DNA of 64,000 nucleotides, from assembly GCA_002316315.1 (NCBI GenBank), contig DCDG01000037.1, positions 21,967-85,966 of the forward strand, given 5' to 3'. Positions within the stretch are counted from its first letter, which is position 1; every line of letters begins with the position of its first letter. Source of the DNA: Candidatus Aminicenantes bacterium UBA1061. Its GTDB lineage: Bacteria > Acidobacteriota > Aminicenantia > Aminicenantales > Saccharicenantaceae. Positions 1-9,347 of this stretch are shown here, piece by piece. The notes beneath the pieces were generated by a model. The model ran no database searches. It saw nothing but the letters and a program-made list of their open reading frames with translations, and was not told the origin of the DNA. A program made the position numbers and the translations under genes.

Positions 1-503
1 CAAATACCAAGAAATTCATCCAGGGTTAAACCGAGATTAGCACATTTTTCGATCTCTTCCCGCCTGGCGCCGCGGGCAAAGCCTTTTTCCTTAAAACGCC
101 GCTTTAGAAAATCCAGGTCAACAGATTTAAGTTTTTTAGACGGGTGCATGAGAGCAGAAGCAATGATCAGACCGGTCGTCGGGTCAGCCGTATAAATAGC
201 CCAATCCATAGCTGATTGGCAGTGTACCTGACCGGCATGAGCCTGAATGGCCTGCAAAACCTCGGCCGGTAGATTATATTGAGCCAGAACTTTGATGGCC
301 TCTGTGGTATGAAGTTCAGGGCTTTTTTCGGTCACCTCATAATCAAGGTCATGAAGCAGGCCAGCCAGCCCCCAGGCGTCTTCATTCCCGCCCAGTCTTC
401 TGGCCAAAGCCCTCATGCATTGCTCGACAGCTAAGCAATGTTTGACGAGATTTGGCTGATGAAGATGCTGTTTTAATAATTCCAGGGCTTCTTCTCTTGT
501 CAT
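1..503 (-). CDS. HD-domain (HDIG-type) phosphohydrolase, C-terminally truncated by the window edge
   Basis: My own reverse-complement translation from the ATG at 503 gives MTREEALELLKQHLHQPNLVKHCLAVEQCMRALARRLGG...GLLHDLDY..., with the H...HD metal-binding pattern of HD/HDIG hydrolases. The ORF runs off the window at position 1. An AAGGAA-like RBS lies upstream. It is absent from the ORF track because it is partial. Confidence 0.55.
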   Translation of the reverse strand, partial: MTREEALELLKQHLHQPNLVKHCLAVEQCMRALARRLGGNEDAWGLAGLLHDLDYEVTEKSPELHTTEAIKVLAQYNLPAEVLQAIQAHAGQVHCQSAMDWAIYTADPTTGLIIASALMHPSKKLKSVDLDFLKRRFKEKGFARGARREEIEKCANLGLTLDEFLGI

Positions 504-526
504 CTCCAGTTCCTTTCTTTCCAGAT

Positions 527-2776
527 CTATTTTGAAATAAGAGTGATATTATAACTCAACTCAGCTTTTCTGGTCAGCTTTTTATCAGAAACTTTAACAA
601 TAACGGTATATTGGCCTTCTTTCACTGGCAACCAGGTCCAGGTGTTGCTGGTTGAAGCTTTTCTTCTCAGCTTTTCCTGGCCTTCACTTGAACGCAAATA
701 AAATTCATATTTCGGTCGACTAAAGCCTGAAGTTCTAACTGTTATTATAATCCTCTCTCCGGGGGCTTGAGGCGAAGGAGGCGTGGCCTCAATAAAAATC
801 TGCGGTTCTTTGACCAGAGCCACCACCAGGCTTTTATTCAAAAGATAGTCATAAAGCCCGACAGCCAGAAGATCCCTCGCCCCGGACTGCCCGGCAGTGG
901 GCCTTAAAACCAGTTCAGTGGCCAGCTCAGCTGGAAAAATTGTTTTTGAAGAATTTTGAAGTGAATTCGGTTCAAAACCAAAAAGCACATTGTCAAGGGA
1001 AGGGACAATTATTTCATCAGAAAAAATTAATAGCCGGCCACCAGGACGGGCTGGAATTGATTGCCAGTTTTGAAGATGACCACGAGCCAGGCTCAGTTTA
1101 TAAAGCACAGCCCCCGAGGTCAGAACATAAAGATTTTTTCCCTTGATTACCAGATGTTCTACTCGCTGGCTACCCAGATTGACCGACCAGCTGGTTTTTT
1201 GTCTATGAAGATTATATTTTAAGATACGGCCCGTTTCAGTTCCGATAAAGAGAACCTTATCATCGGGCGAGCTGCCTAGCAGGCTGACCTTTTCTGACGG
1301 TCGATACACTTCTGACACCCGACCGGTTTTCTTATCCAGGCTGATAATCGGCCCAGTATTTTCCTGACAGAAAAGAGAAGAAACTCCCCAGGCCGGAGCG
1401 GCAGATGGATCAATAGTCAGGGAGCTCTGCCAGATAATTTCGCCTGAAAGAGGCCGCCTGGCTTCCTGTCTGGATTGGCCGAGAAGGTAAAGCAGTCCAT
1501 CATTTTCAACAGGCGGAAAGACCAGATCAAAAGCAACCGTGATTTTTCTGATTATGTCGCCATTTCGATTTATCAGCCAGACTGCAGAGTCTGAAACCAG
1601 CCAGAGACCATGGCTACCAGGAAACGGAGGCCAGACCCATCTTGCCCCTGACTCCACCGACTTTATAATCTGACCACTTTCTGCCTCAGCCAGCACCAGC
1701 TGTCCTTGTTCGGTTGTCCAGACAACCCGCTGGTTATCTAAAAAAGCCAACCCCAGGATTTTACCTGGCAATTTTTCTTTCCAGAGAGTGGAAAGAGAAG
1801 GCATAAAATTTTCGCTATTCGAAGTTCTGGCAGTAAGTCCGGGCTCTTTTTCTTTCCTGGCAGTAACCAGCAATTCATCAATTCCCACCATTGAATAGCC
1901 GCAAGCACTCAGTTCATCCAGGAGCTGCCCCAGGCGGTTATAAAATTTATCAGTTCTGGCTGGAGAAGTGCCGGGATGAATTAGAAGAATAAAGCCATTT
2001 AAACCGTGAGGATCACTTTTTTCATAGCTCAAAATTCTCTGATAAATCTCTTCTGAGGAAAGATAACTGGCATCATCAGGAGTAGTATAATCAGCATTAG
2101 AAGAGGTTCCGGGGGTGAAATTAACCAGGACGAGGCCAGCTTCCTCAGCCCAGTTAGCAATTTCCTGGTTATACCATTCATAAGGCGGGAGAAAATAAGG
2201 AGAAGTTTCTTTATTGAAGCCAAAGCGGGCCAGTTCAGTATAGTTATTTTCCAGGTCAGATAAAAATTCAGACCGGCTAACCAGAGTTTTCTGACGGTCT
2301 TGCCAGTTGCAATAAAGAAGATGGCGGTCAGAATGAGGGCCAACGTAATGCTTGTCTTCTATCATTTTTTTGATCAGTGGCGCGAATTCAGGCTGCCTCA
2401 AGAAATTGCCAGTCAGGAAAAAAGAGCCTTTGATTTGCCGGTCTTTCAGAGTAGAAAGGACAGAAGGTAAACCTTCGCCGTAGGTATCAGCGGTTAAGAC
2501 CAGGGCCAGGCGTTTCTCACCGACCGGCCCCCTGATGATAGCCCCTTCCACCCTGGTAAAATTTCTTTCCAGAGCCTGTTGGCCAGCTGGCTGGTAGCCG
2601 GGCACTGATAGAACTATCTCCAGGGAACCTGCCTTGCCCCTCTGGCCGGCGCCGAGCTGAAGCCATAAAATTAACATAAAAGAGAGACAGATAGTGTTTA
2701 TAATGATCGCGGTTGCTGAAATAGATACCTTCTTGTTCTTTTTTTTGCCTTTTCTGGCTGTCTTAAACTGATACAT
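527..2776 (-). CDS. Secreted multidomain protein: N-terminal polysaccharide-deacetylase-like domain, central beta-propeller-like repeats, C-terminal Ig-like domain
   Basis: The 749-aa ORF has an N-terminal hydrophobic signal/anchor. NodB-like motifs are present: LTADTYGEG, GPHSDRH (H-S-x-x-H) and LPPYEWY. These are followed by repeated WS/GxL beta-strand-rich segments and a C-terminal beta-sandwich-like tail. There is a 24-bp gap to the downstream HD gene on the same strand. Confidence 0.5.
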   Translation of the reverse strand: MYQFKTARKGKKKNKKVSISATAIIINTICLSFMLILWLQLGAGQRGKAGSLEIVLSVPGYQPAGQQALERNFTRVEGAIIRGPVGEKRLALVLTADTYGEGLPSVLSTLKDRQIKGSFFLTGNFLRQPEFAPLIKKMIEDKHYVGPHSDRHLLYCNWQDRQKTLVSRSEFLSDLENNYTELARFGFNKETSPYFLPPYEWYNQEIANWAEEAGLVLVNFTPGTSSNADYTTPDDASYLSSEEIYQRILSYEKSDPHGLNGFILLIHPGTSPARTDKFYNRLGQLLDELSACGYSMVGIDELLVTARKEKEPGLTARTSNSENFMPSLSTLWKEKLPGKILGLAFLDNQRVVWTTEQGQLVLAEAESGQIIKSVESGARWVWPPFPGSHGLWLVSDSAVWLINRNGDIIRKITVAFDLVFPPVENDGLLYLLGQSRQEARRPLSGEIIWQSSLTIDPSAAPAWGVSSLFCQENTGPIISLDKKTGRVSEVYRPSEKVSLLGSSPDDKVLFIGTETGRILKYNLHRQKTSWSVNLGSQRVEHLVIKGKNLYVLTSGAVLYKLSLARGHLQNWQSIPARPGGRLLIFSDEIIVPSLDNVLFGFEPNSLQNSSKTIFPAELATELVLRPTAGQSGARDLLAVGLYDYLLNKSLVVALVKEPQIFIEATPPSPQAPGERIIITVRTSGFSRPKYEFYLRSSEGQEKLRRKASTSNTWTWLPVKEGQYTVIVKVSDKKLTRKAELSYNITLISK

Positions 2777-3079
2777 TAACTTTTCCAGAACTCTTAAAAT
2801 TAATTCCGATTTTAAATTAGAACTTCCCTTTTATCAACCAGACTCTTCATTCCCGGCCTTCATTTTCGCCTGTATCGGAAGTAATTGCAGTTAAAATTTG
2901 CTGGTGGGCCTGACCTGGCTGGCTTAACCAACAAGCCAGGGCTTTAATCTTTAATAACCAGAATAAATTAGCCAGCTGCTGCGGCTGCTAGAGTTATAGA
3001 GCTAAGGGACATTTTAAGGCTTCGTTTGCTTTTCTGTCTTAGCTTTACTAATTATTAAGGCACTGATATTATTTTAATT

Positions 3080-3430
3080 ATGGTTAACTATATTTTGGTT
3101 TACAAAATACGAAAACTGGTTAAAGAAATATTAAAAGAAAAAATTGAGGAGGGAGAAATAGCCACCACTCCCCGTTCCTGCCTGGGGTGCCTGGCCGATG
3201 AAATCAGCTGGGAGGTTTATTATCTTTTCAAGGAAATGCAGGATAAGAAAAAGGGCATTAAAAATGGCCAGGCACAGAAGGAGGATCTACCAGAAGAGGA
3301 ATCACAAGCACAATCCGAGACTTCACTGAGTGATCAAGTCCAGGGTGAGGCTAACCATGATCATGCAAGCTCTGAGATAAAAAGACAGGTAAACGGCAAC
3401 TCGATAGAAAAAATTACAGATAAAGAATAA
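3080..3430 (+). CDS. Hypothetical acidic protein
   Basis: The 116-aa ORF sits in an otherwise empty 700-bp gap. It has a charged, low-complexity C-terminus and no recognisable motif. Confidence 0.25.
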   Translation: MVNYILVYKIRKLVKEILKEKIEEGEIATTPRSCLGCLADEISWEVYYLFKEMQDKKKGIKNGQAQKEDLPEEESQAQSETSLSDQVQGEANHDHASSEIKRQVNGNSIEKITDKE

Positions 3431-3481
3431 AACCGGATAACCAGCTCTTGATGATGAATCCTAAATCCTTTAAGGGTGGTT

Positions 3482-4834
3482 TTATTCTTCTGAAGCCTTC
3501 CCTTTTCTGATTTTTTCTTTCAGAGCTTCCCACCAGTCAATTCTTTTTTTGATTTCTTTTTCAAAGCCAAGATTACCTGGATGATAATATTTTTTGCCCT
3601 TCAATCTTTCTGGAAAAGTCTCCATATCAGTCGTGGAGAGTGGACTGTCATGAGCGTACTGATAATCTTCGCCATAGCCTATTTCTTTCATCAGGGGAGT
3701 AACTGCATTTCTGATATGAAGAGGAACGGGCTCAAAAGGACTCTCTTCAACCTCTTTCATGGCCTGGCCAAAAGCCACGTAAACCCGGTTACTTTTCGGG
3801 GCTGAAGCCAGATAAACAACTGCCTCGGCCAAAGCCAGTTCGCCCTCGGGTGACCCCAGAAAATCGTAGGCTTCTTTGGCCTGAAGAGCTAAAGCCAGGG
3901 CCTGAGGATCAGCCAGACCAATATCTTCGGAGGCAAATCTGATTAATCGCCTGGCAATATAGAGGGGGTCTTCTCCCGCATAAAGCATCCTGGCCAGCCA
4001 GTAAAGAGAAGCATCAACATCTGAATTTCTGAGGCTTTTATGAAGAGCAGAAATAAGGTTATAATGCTCCTCACCGCTCTTATCATAAACAAGCGTTCTC
4101 TTTTGGAGAGCCTCTTCCACATCTTTAACGGTAATTTTCTGGCTCCGGCTCAGGCTGGCGGCTATCTCCAGAGCATTAAGTGCTCTCCTGGCATCACCAT
4201 TGGATTGATCGTAGAGAAGCTCCAGAGCCTCTTCGCTTATTGATAGATGCAGCTGACCCAACCCGTCGATCTCATCGATCAAAGCATCAATGATAATCTT
4301 TCTCAGGGCTTCCTTATCGAGAGGTTTAAGGACCAGCACTCTTGTTCTTGAAAGCAACGGAGCAATGACCTCAAAGGAAGGATTTTCGGTGGTTGAACCA
4401 AATAGAATGACATCTCCTCTCTCCACATAAGGAAGAAAGGCCGATTGCTGGGCCTTATTGAAACGATGGATTTCGTCAATAAAAATTATCAATGGTTGAC
4501 CGTACATTTTTTTCTGTTGCTCAGCCTGGGCCATGACCTCTTTAATTTCCTTAATGCCAGACAGGACAGCACTAAAAAAGAGACAGTTCAGTCCGAAATG
4601 CCTGGCCAGCATCATGCCCAGGGTGGTCTTGCCCGAGCCAGGCGGACCCCAAAAAATAATTGATACCAGCTGGCCTGATTCAATCAGCTCGGTCAAAATC
4701 TTTCCGGGGCCAAGAAGATGCTCCTGCCCATAAAAGCGGTCAAAGGTTTGAGGCCGCATCCTCTCGGCCAGTGGAACATGCCTGGTCTCTCTGCCCTGGT
4801 TCTTTTTATTCTGCCTGTCGTCTGGCCTGGCCAT
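3482..4834 (-). CDS. rarA: Replication-associated recombination protein A (AAA+ ATPase RarA/MgsA)
   Basis: Walker A GPPGSGKTT; Walker B/sensor FIDEIHRFNKAQQ; and a C-terminal MgsA-type helical domain (RRLIRFASEDIGLADPQALALA...). Length is 450 aa. Confidence 0.85.
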   Translation of the reverse strand: MARPDDRQNKKNQGRETRHVPLAERMRPQTFDRFYGQEHLLGPGKILTELIESGQLVSIIFWGPPGSGKTTLGMMLARHFGLNCLFFSAVLSGIKEIKEVMAQAEQQKKMYGQPLIIFIDEIHRFNKAQQSAFLPYVERGDVILFGSTTENPSFEVIAPLLSRTRVLVLKPLDKEALRKIIIDALIDEIDGLGQLHLSISEEALELLYDQSNGDARRALNALEIAASLSRSQKITVKDVEEALQKRTLVYDKSGEEHYNLISALHKSLRNSDVDASLYWLARMLYAGEDPLYIARRLIRFASEDIGLADPQALALALQAKEAYDFLGSPEGELALAEAVVYLASAPKSNRVYVAFGQAMKEVEESPFEPVPLHIRNAVTPLMKEIGYGEDYQYAHDSPLSTTDMETFPERLKGKKYYHPGNLGFEKEIKKRIDWWEALKEKIRKGKASEE

Positions 4835-4987
4835 GTCTATCCTTTACCTTCTTAGTTTTTCGCCTGGTTAAAGCCATTTTCCACCTGTCTCAGCCACTTT
4901 TATTATCGGATAGGTCTTACCCAATGTAAAGCAACTGAAAACCTTTGTCATCTAATAATAAATTAGTTAAAATAGCCGGAGGAGAAG

Positions 4988-5887
4988 TTGAAAATGAAAA
5001 CATTCAGGCAAAAAGCCCCTATTTGTTCCGGGATTTTAATTCTAGTTTTAATGTTCGTTTCTTATGTATTATCACCCATCACCGCTTATGCTCAAGGGCG
5101 GCCAAAGGGCCACTTGTTTATTATCGGTGGTGGCGACCGATCGGAAGACATGATGAAAAGATTTGTCGATCTGGCTTCAAAAGCCGGCCAGGGCCGGATA
5201 GTTGTCCTGCCTATGGCCAGTTCAACACCGGAAGAAACGGGCAAAAACCTGGTTGAAGAGTTTCAAAACTTAGGAGTCAAAGAAGTTGTCTTTTATAACT
5301 TCACCAGGCGTGAGGCTGAGGATTATGCCCGAGCCAGATGGCTGGCCGGAAGCGGTGGTATCTTTTTCTCTGGCGGAGATCAGTCCAGAATCACCGAAGC
5401 TATTCTGGATACACCTGTCCACAAGATGATCGTAGAGCTATATCAGCAGGGAGCAGTAATTGGCGGAACCAGCGCCGGGGCGGCCATCATGAGCGAGCTG
5501 ATGATTACCGGAGATGAAGCCAGAAAACCAGAAGAAGGTCATGAATTCGAGACAATTGAAGCCGGCAATGTTATTCTGGCCAGGGGGTTAGGTCTTATCA
5601 AGACAGCTATCATTGATCAGCACTTCGCCACTCGCCAGCGGCATAACCGTCTGATCAGCGTCATAGCCGGACATCCTGAGCTACTGGGCATAGGTATTGA
5701 TGAGGAAACAGCTGTTATTGTCAATCCTGATCAGTCCTTCGATGTTATCGGCAATAAAAATGTCATTGTCTACGACGCCTCTAAGGCTCAAATAACTGCT
5801 GGCCCACGACGCTCCATCGGCATCCGTGGAATGATCATGCACGTCCTTCTGCCTGGTGAGAAATTTTCTATCATCAAGAAAAAATAA
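4988..5887 (+). CDS. Peptidase S51 family cyanophycinase, secreted (CphE-like)
   Basis: Signal peptide MKMKTFRQKAPICSGILILVLMFVSYVLSPITAYA. HLFIIGGG and GGTSAGAAIMSE motifs typical of the S51 cyanophycinase/dipeptidase E fold. Length 299 aa. Confidence 0.6.
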   Translation: MKMKTFRQKAPICSGILILVLMFVSYVLSPITAYAQGRPKGHLFIIGGGDRSEDMMKRFVDLASKAGQGRIVVLPMASSTPEETGKNLVEEFQNLGVKEVVFYNFTRREAEDYARARWLAGSGGIFFSGGDQSRITEAILDTPVHKMIVELYQQGAVIGGTSAGAAIMSELMITGDEARKPEEGHEFETIEAGNVILARGLGLIKTAIIDQHFATRQRHNRLISVIAGHPELLGIGIDEETAVIVNPDQSFDVIGNKNVIVYDASKAQITAGPRRSIGIRGMIMHVLLPGEKFSIIKKK

Positions 5888-5960
5888 AGAGGGGGGCATT
5901 CCCCCTGGCCGTTCTTGACGGCCCTGGAGTTAAATGTTAGAGTTTTGATGAAGTTAGCTC

Positions 5961-6347
5961 ATGAATCAAGACTCAAAAGCCCAGGACATAAATAAATCTA
6001 TCAATAAAAAGCTCGTCTTTTCAGCAGCAGAGGTTTGTCGGTTGCTTAAAATCAGCCAGGAAACCCTTCGGACCTGGGAAAATGAGTTTCCTGTTTTTTT
6101 TGCCGGACAAACTGCCAGCGGCCAGCCTATCTACCGTCAAAAAGATGTTCTCATCATTTCACGGATTAAGGAACTGCTGGAACAAAGCACTCTGACCAAT
6201 GCCGGCATAAAAAGAAAAATTGAAGAGGAATTCGGTTTAAAGACAGATCGCATTCCTCCTGAAAAGATACTGTCGGCTATCAGTCAGATAAAAGAAGAGT
6301 TGGTCGAAATTTTACGGACCCTTGAAAAAAAGCAAAAAAAGGGTTAA
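5961..6347 (+). CDS. MerR-family helix-turn-helix transcriptional regulator (small)
   Basis: An N-terminal HTH-like segment FSAAEVCRLLKISQETLRTWENEF resembling the MerR/excisionase DNA-binding motif. Length 128 aa. Confidence 0.45.
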   Translation: MNQDSKAQDINKSINKKLVFSAAEVCRLLKISQETLRTWENEFPVFFAGQTASGQPIYRQKDVLIISRIKELLEQSTLTNAGIKRKIEEEFGLKTDRIPPEKILSAISQIKEELVEILRTLEKKQKKG

Positions 6348-6371
6348 AGTAACATTCACTTTTTAAGATAT

Positions 6372-6445
6372 CGGGACGTGGCGCAGCCTGGTAGCGCACA
6401 TGCTTGGGGTGCATGGGGTCAGCGGTTCAAATCCGCTCGTCCCGA
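6372..6445 (+). tRNA. tRNA-Pro (anticodon GGG)
   Basis: Manual cloverleaf fold. Acceptor CGGGACG pairs with CGTCCCG. D-arm GCGC-AGCCTGGTA-GCGC. Anticodon stem CATGC/GCATG with loop TTGGGGT, giving anticodon GGG. T-arm AGCGG-TTCAAAT-CCGCT. Discriminator A; no encoded CCA. Confidence 0.8.
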
Positions 6446-6474
6446 TTTTTTTTATAAAAGAGATTAGAACAAAA

Positions 6475-7269
6475 ATGACAAAATCTTCAGCCTCACCATC
6501 TAATAAAAAAAGATTGATTTTGCTAACCAATGATGACGGCTATAACTCACCCGGGATAACTGTTCTGGCCGAAGAGTTGAAATCTTATGCTCGCGTATAT
6601 ATTGTAGCTCCGGATCGGGAAAGAAGCTCCGTTTCGCTCGCCCTGACTCTGAGACATCCCCTCCGGGCTGAAAAAAAGGGGAATAATGTTTTTGCCGTTG
6701 ACGGCACTCCAGCCGATTGTGTTTATATTGCTATGAAATATGTCCTGCCGCAAAAACCAGATTATCTGATCTCAGGCATGAATCTGGGAGCCAATCTTGG
6801 CTGCCAGGATGTTTCCTACTCCGGTACTGTGGCTGGCGCTCTCCAGGGAACTTTTATGGGCATTCCTTCCCTGGCAGTTTCCCTGGTCAGTCCGAATGGC
6901 AGACAATATAACTTTCAGAAGGCAGCTCATCTGGTTAGAAAAATCATCGAAGCTCTTCAGGGAAAAAAAATTCCGCCTGAAGTCTATCTCAATATCAATA
7001 TTCCTCCCTTTCCAGTCAAAGGATTGAAAATCTCACGGCTAGGCGAGAGACGCTACGCGCCGGAACTGATCAAAAAGAAAGATCCCCAGGGGAAAGACTA
7101 TTTCTGGATTGGAGTCGGTCATCCGAAAGCGGTTGGGCCAAGAAACTCAGATGTGCATCTGGTGGATGAAGGCTGGGTATCAGTTACACCTTTGCACATC
7201 GACCGAACAGCCTATCCGGTCCTTAACGGCAGGCTTTTATCCAGCCTGCTAAATATCTGTGTAGAATAG
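6475..7269 (+). CDS. surE: 5'/3'-nucleotidase SurE
   Basis: The track ORF 6400..7269 begins inside the tRNA. The real start is most likely ATG 6475 (MTKSSASPSNKKRLILLTNDDGYNSPGI...), which gives the canonical SurE N-terminus with the DDG motif. The protein would be about 264 aa. Confidence 0.8.
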   Translation: MTKSSASPSNKKRLILLTNDDGYNSPGITVLAEELKSYARVYIVAPDRERSSVSLALTLRHPLRAEKKGNNVFAVDGTPADCVYIAMKYVLPQKPDYLISGMNLGANLGCQDVSYSGTVAGALQGTFMGIPSLAVSLVSPNGRQYNFQKAAHLVRKIIEALQGKKIPPEVYLNINIPPFPVKGLKISRLGERRYAPELIKKKDPQGKDYFWIGVGHPKAVGPRNSDVHLVDEGWVSVTPLHIDRTAYPVLNGRLLSSLLNICVE

Positions 7270-7303
7270 CCGGCAGGAATAAGCCACTGATCAATTCTTT
7301 TCT

Positions 7304-7984
7304 TTAAACCTCTGGTCTGCCCGGCTCTCTGACCGGTGATAACTTTCTGTTTTTCCGACCACGAATAAAGCTGATAGCCGCCGGGACTAAAGAGATGACA
7401 ATGATGGCGATGATCACTATGGAAAAGTTGTCCTTGACCACCGATAAATTGCCAAAATAATAACCGCCAAATAAAAATAGAGCAACCCACATAATGCTGC
7501 CGACAAGACTGTAAACCAGGAATTTAAAATAGGTCATTTTCCCTATCCCGGCCACAAAGGGAGCGAAAGTCCGAATAAAAGGCATAAAACGGGCAATGAC
7601 AATGGTGAAGGAGCCGTGTTTTTCATAAAATTCGTGGGTCCGATCAAGGTAATTTTTATTAAACAAGCGGCTTTTCTCCTTCTTAAAGATTTCCGGACCA
7701 GCTTTATATCCAATCCAGTAGTTACTCAGGTTGCCCAGGAAAGCGGCCAGGCTGAGCAACAGAAAAAGACTGATGATATTAAGATCGCCAATAGCGGCAA
7801 TTGCACCGGCCGCAAATAACAGAGAATCGCCAGGGAAAAAAGGAGTGACCACAAGTCCTGTCTCGGCAAATATGACAAGAAAGATGAGGAGATAAGTCCA
7901 CATCCCAAATTGATCAATAAACTGGCCGATATAGCGATCAACGTGTATGAGAATATCAACGATTTTTTCTATTAAGTCTATCAA
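7304..7984 (-). CDS. DedA/SNARE-associated family membrane protein
   Basis: Multi-TM 226-aa protein with the DedA signature region GLVVTPFFPGDSLLFAAGAIA. Confidence 0.7.
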   Translation of the reverse strand: MIDLIEKIVDILIHVDRYIGQFIDQFGMWTYLLIFLVIFAETGLVVTPFFPGDSLLFAAGAIAAIGDLNIISLFLLLSLAAFLGNLSNYWIGYKAGPEIFKKEKSRLFNKNYLDRTHEFYEKHGSFTIVIARFMPFIRTFAPFVAGIGKMTYFKFLVYSLVGSIMWVALFLFGGYYFGNLSVVKDNFSIVIIAIIVISLVPAAISFIRGRKNRKLSPVREPGRPEV

Positions 7985-8254
7985 CTGCCTATATACCCCA
8001 ATTTTAGTATAGACTGGTAAGCTTAATTCTAACCAGAGTTACGATTAACTATACACATTTTGATCAAAACTGACAAGAAGGCAGATTTATTATTTGTTTT
8101 TCAGGATTGTTCAGGTCTGAATCCTTACTCTTAGGCCTTATTGGACTCCAGAGCGATCCCACAGCCTTATTAAAGATATAAAATCTCTGCTATAATTTGA
8201 ACAAATTGATGTAAAAGCCGGTCCAGGCTTGTAGCAGGATCGGCAGTAAGACAG

Positions 8255-9241
8255 ATGAACAAAAACTTTTTCGTAGAAAGAAAATTAGAAGCAGTCGAGA
8301 AAGCTCTGACTAGGTTGTCTCCCTTTGCTTCTAATTGCTGTCTGTGCCCACGTCATTGCCGCGTCGACCGGATAAGCGGACACACGGGAATCTGTCAGAC
8401 AGGCGACCAGGCCCGGGTCTCGACCAGTTTGCTTCATTTTGGCGAGGAGCCGGTTCTTAGCGGCCAGGGCGGTGCAGGGAAAGTGGGCGGCTCAGGCACG
8501 ATTTTTTTTGCCGGCTGTAACCTGAAATGCCTTTTCTGCCAGAACTACCAGTTGAGCTGGCTTAACCAGGGACATCCAGTCAGCGATGAACAACTGGCCA
8601 GTTTTATGCTCAAGCTCCAGGCTCAGGGCGCCCTGAATATCAATCTGGTCTCTCCGACTCACGTTGTTATCCCTATCCTCAGAGCCCTTAAAATTGCTTA
8701 TGCCCGCGGACTAACTATTCCCATTGTTTATAACTCCAATGGATATGACTCCATCGAGGTCATAGAAGAACTCAGGGGCATTATTGATATCTACCTGCCT
8801 GATTTGAAATATGTGTCTTCGGAATTATCAAAAAAATATTCAGCGGCACCGGATTATTTTGAACAAGCCAGGCTGGCGATTCAAGAAATGTATTGCCAGC
8901 AGCCAGAGCTAATCCTCGATAATCAGGATATTGCCGCCCAGGGTTTGATTATTCGCCATCTAATTCTTCCCGGCAGTTCAGATGATTCAATGCAGATTGT
9001 TGATTGGATAGCACAAAACCTATCTACCTCAGTTGGGCTAAGTTTGATGAGTCAGTATCACCCCTGCTTTAAAGCTCCATCTGAGCTTCAAGGCGAGGTT
9101 AGCCGCCGGGAATACCAGAAAGTTATGGCCCGGGCTACCGCTTACAATTTTAGTTATCTTTTTCTTCAACCAGAGCCTTTTCTATCCGACGAGCATCTGC
9201 TACCTGACTTCCACCGGCAGAATCCTTTCCGCTGGAAATAG
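8255..9241 (+). CDS. Radical SAM enzyme, PflA-like / AmmeMemoRadiSam-type
   Basis: CxxxCxxC radical SAM motif in AGCNLKCLFCQN. An N-terminal extra Cys cluster CCLCPRHCRVDRISGHTGIC is characteristic of AmmeMemoRadiSam-system rSAM enzymes. Length 328 aa. A TATAAT-like -10 box lies upstream at about 8190. Confidence 0.6.
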   Translation: MNKNFFVERKLEAVEKALTRLSPFASNCCLCPRHCRVDRISGHTGICQTGDQARVSTSLLHFGEEPVLSGQGGAGKVGGSGTIFFAGCNLKCLFCQNYQLSWLNQGHPVSDEQLASFMLKLQAQGALNINLVSPTHVVIPILRALKIAYARGLTIPIVYNSNGYDSIEVIEELRGIIDIYLPDLKYVSSELSKKYSAAPDYFEQARLAIQEMYCQQPELILDNQDIAAQGLIIRHLILPGSSDDSMQIVDWIAQNLSTSVGLSLMSQYHPCFKAPSELQGEVSRREYQKVMARATAYNFSYLFLQPEPFLSDEHLLPDFHRQNPFRWK

Positions 9242-9347
9242 ATAGATAAAAACTGACTTTTTGGATTATTCAGACAGACAGGTTTTTTTAAGAGCCTGTG
9301 GCCAAAAACAGGAAATATAGATTGTGCCCCCTGTTTTCTGTCTACCC

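Noticed and set aside
940-2343. Internal or antisense small ORFs from the track (940..1146, 2029..2343). The same applies to 3581..4733, 9465..10176, 17375..17896, 20012..20434, 50018..50709, 55614..56210 and 57189..57800.
   Set aside because: They lie entirely within, or antisense to, long well-supported genes and have low-complexity or atypical composition. They are most likely six-frame noise.
9282-9320. Bidirectional terminator between the radical SAM and OmpA-family genes
   Set aside because: The AAAACAGG/CCTGTTTT stem has an 18-nt loop, which is too weak to call confidently.
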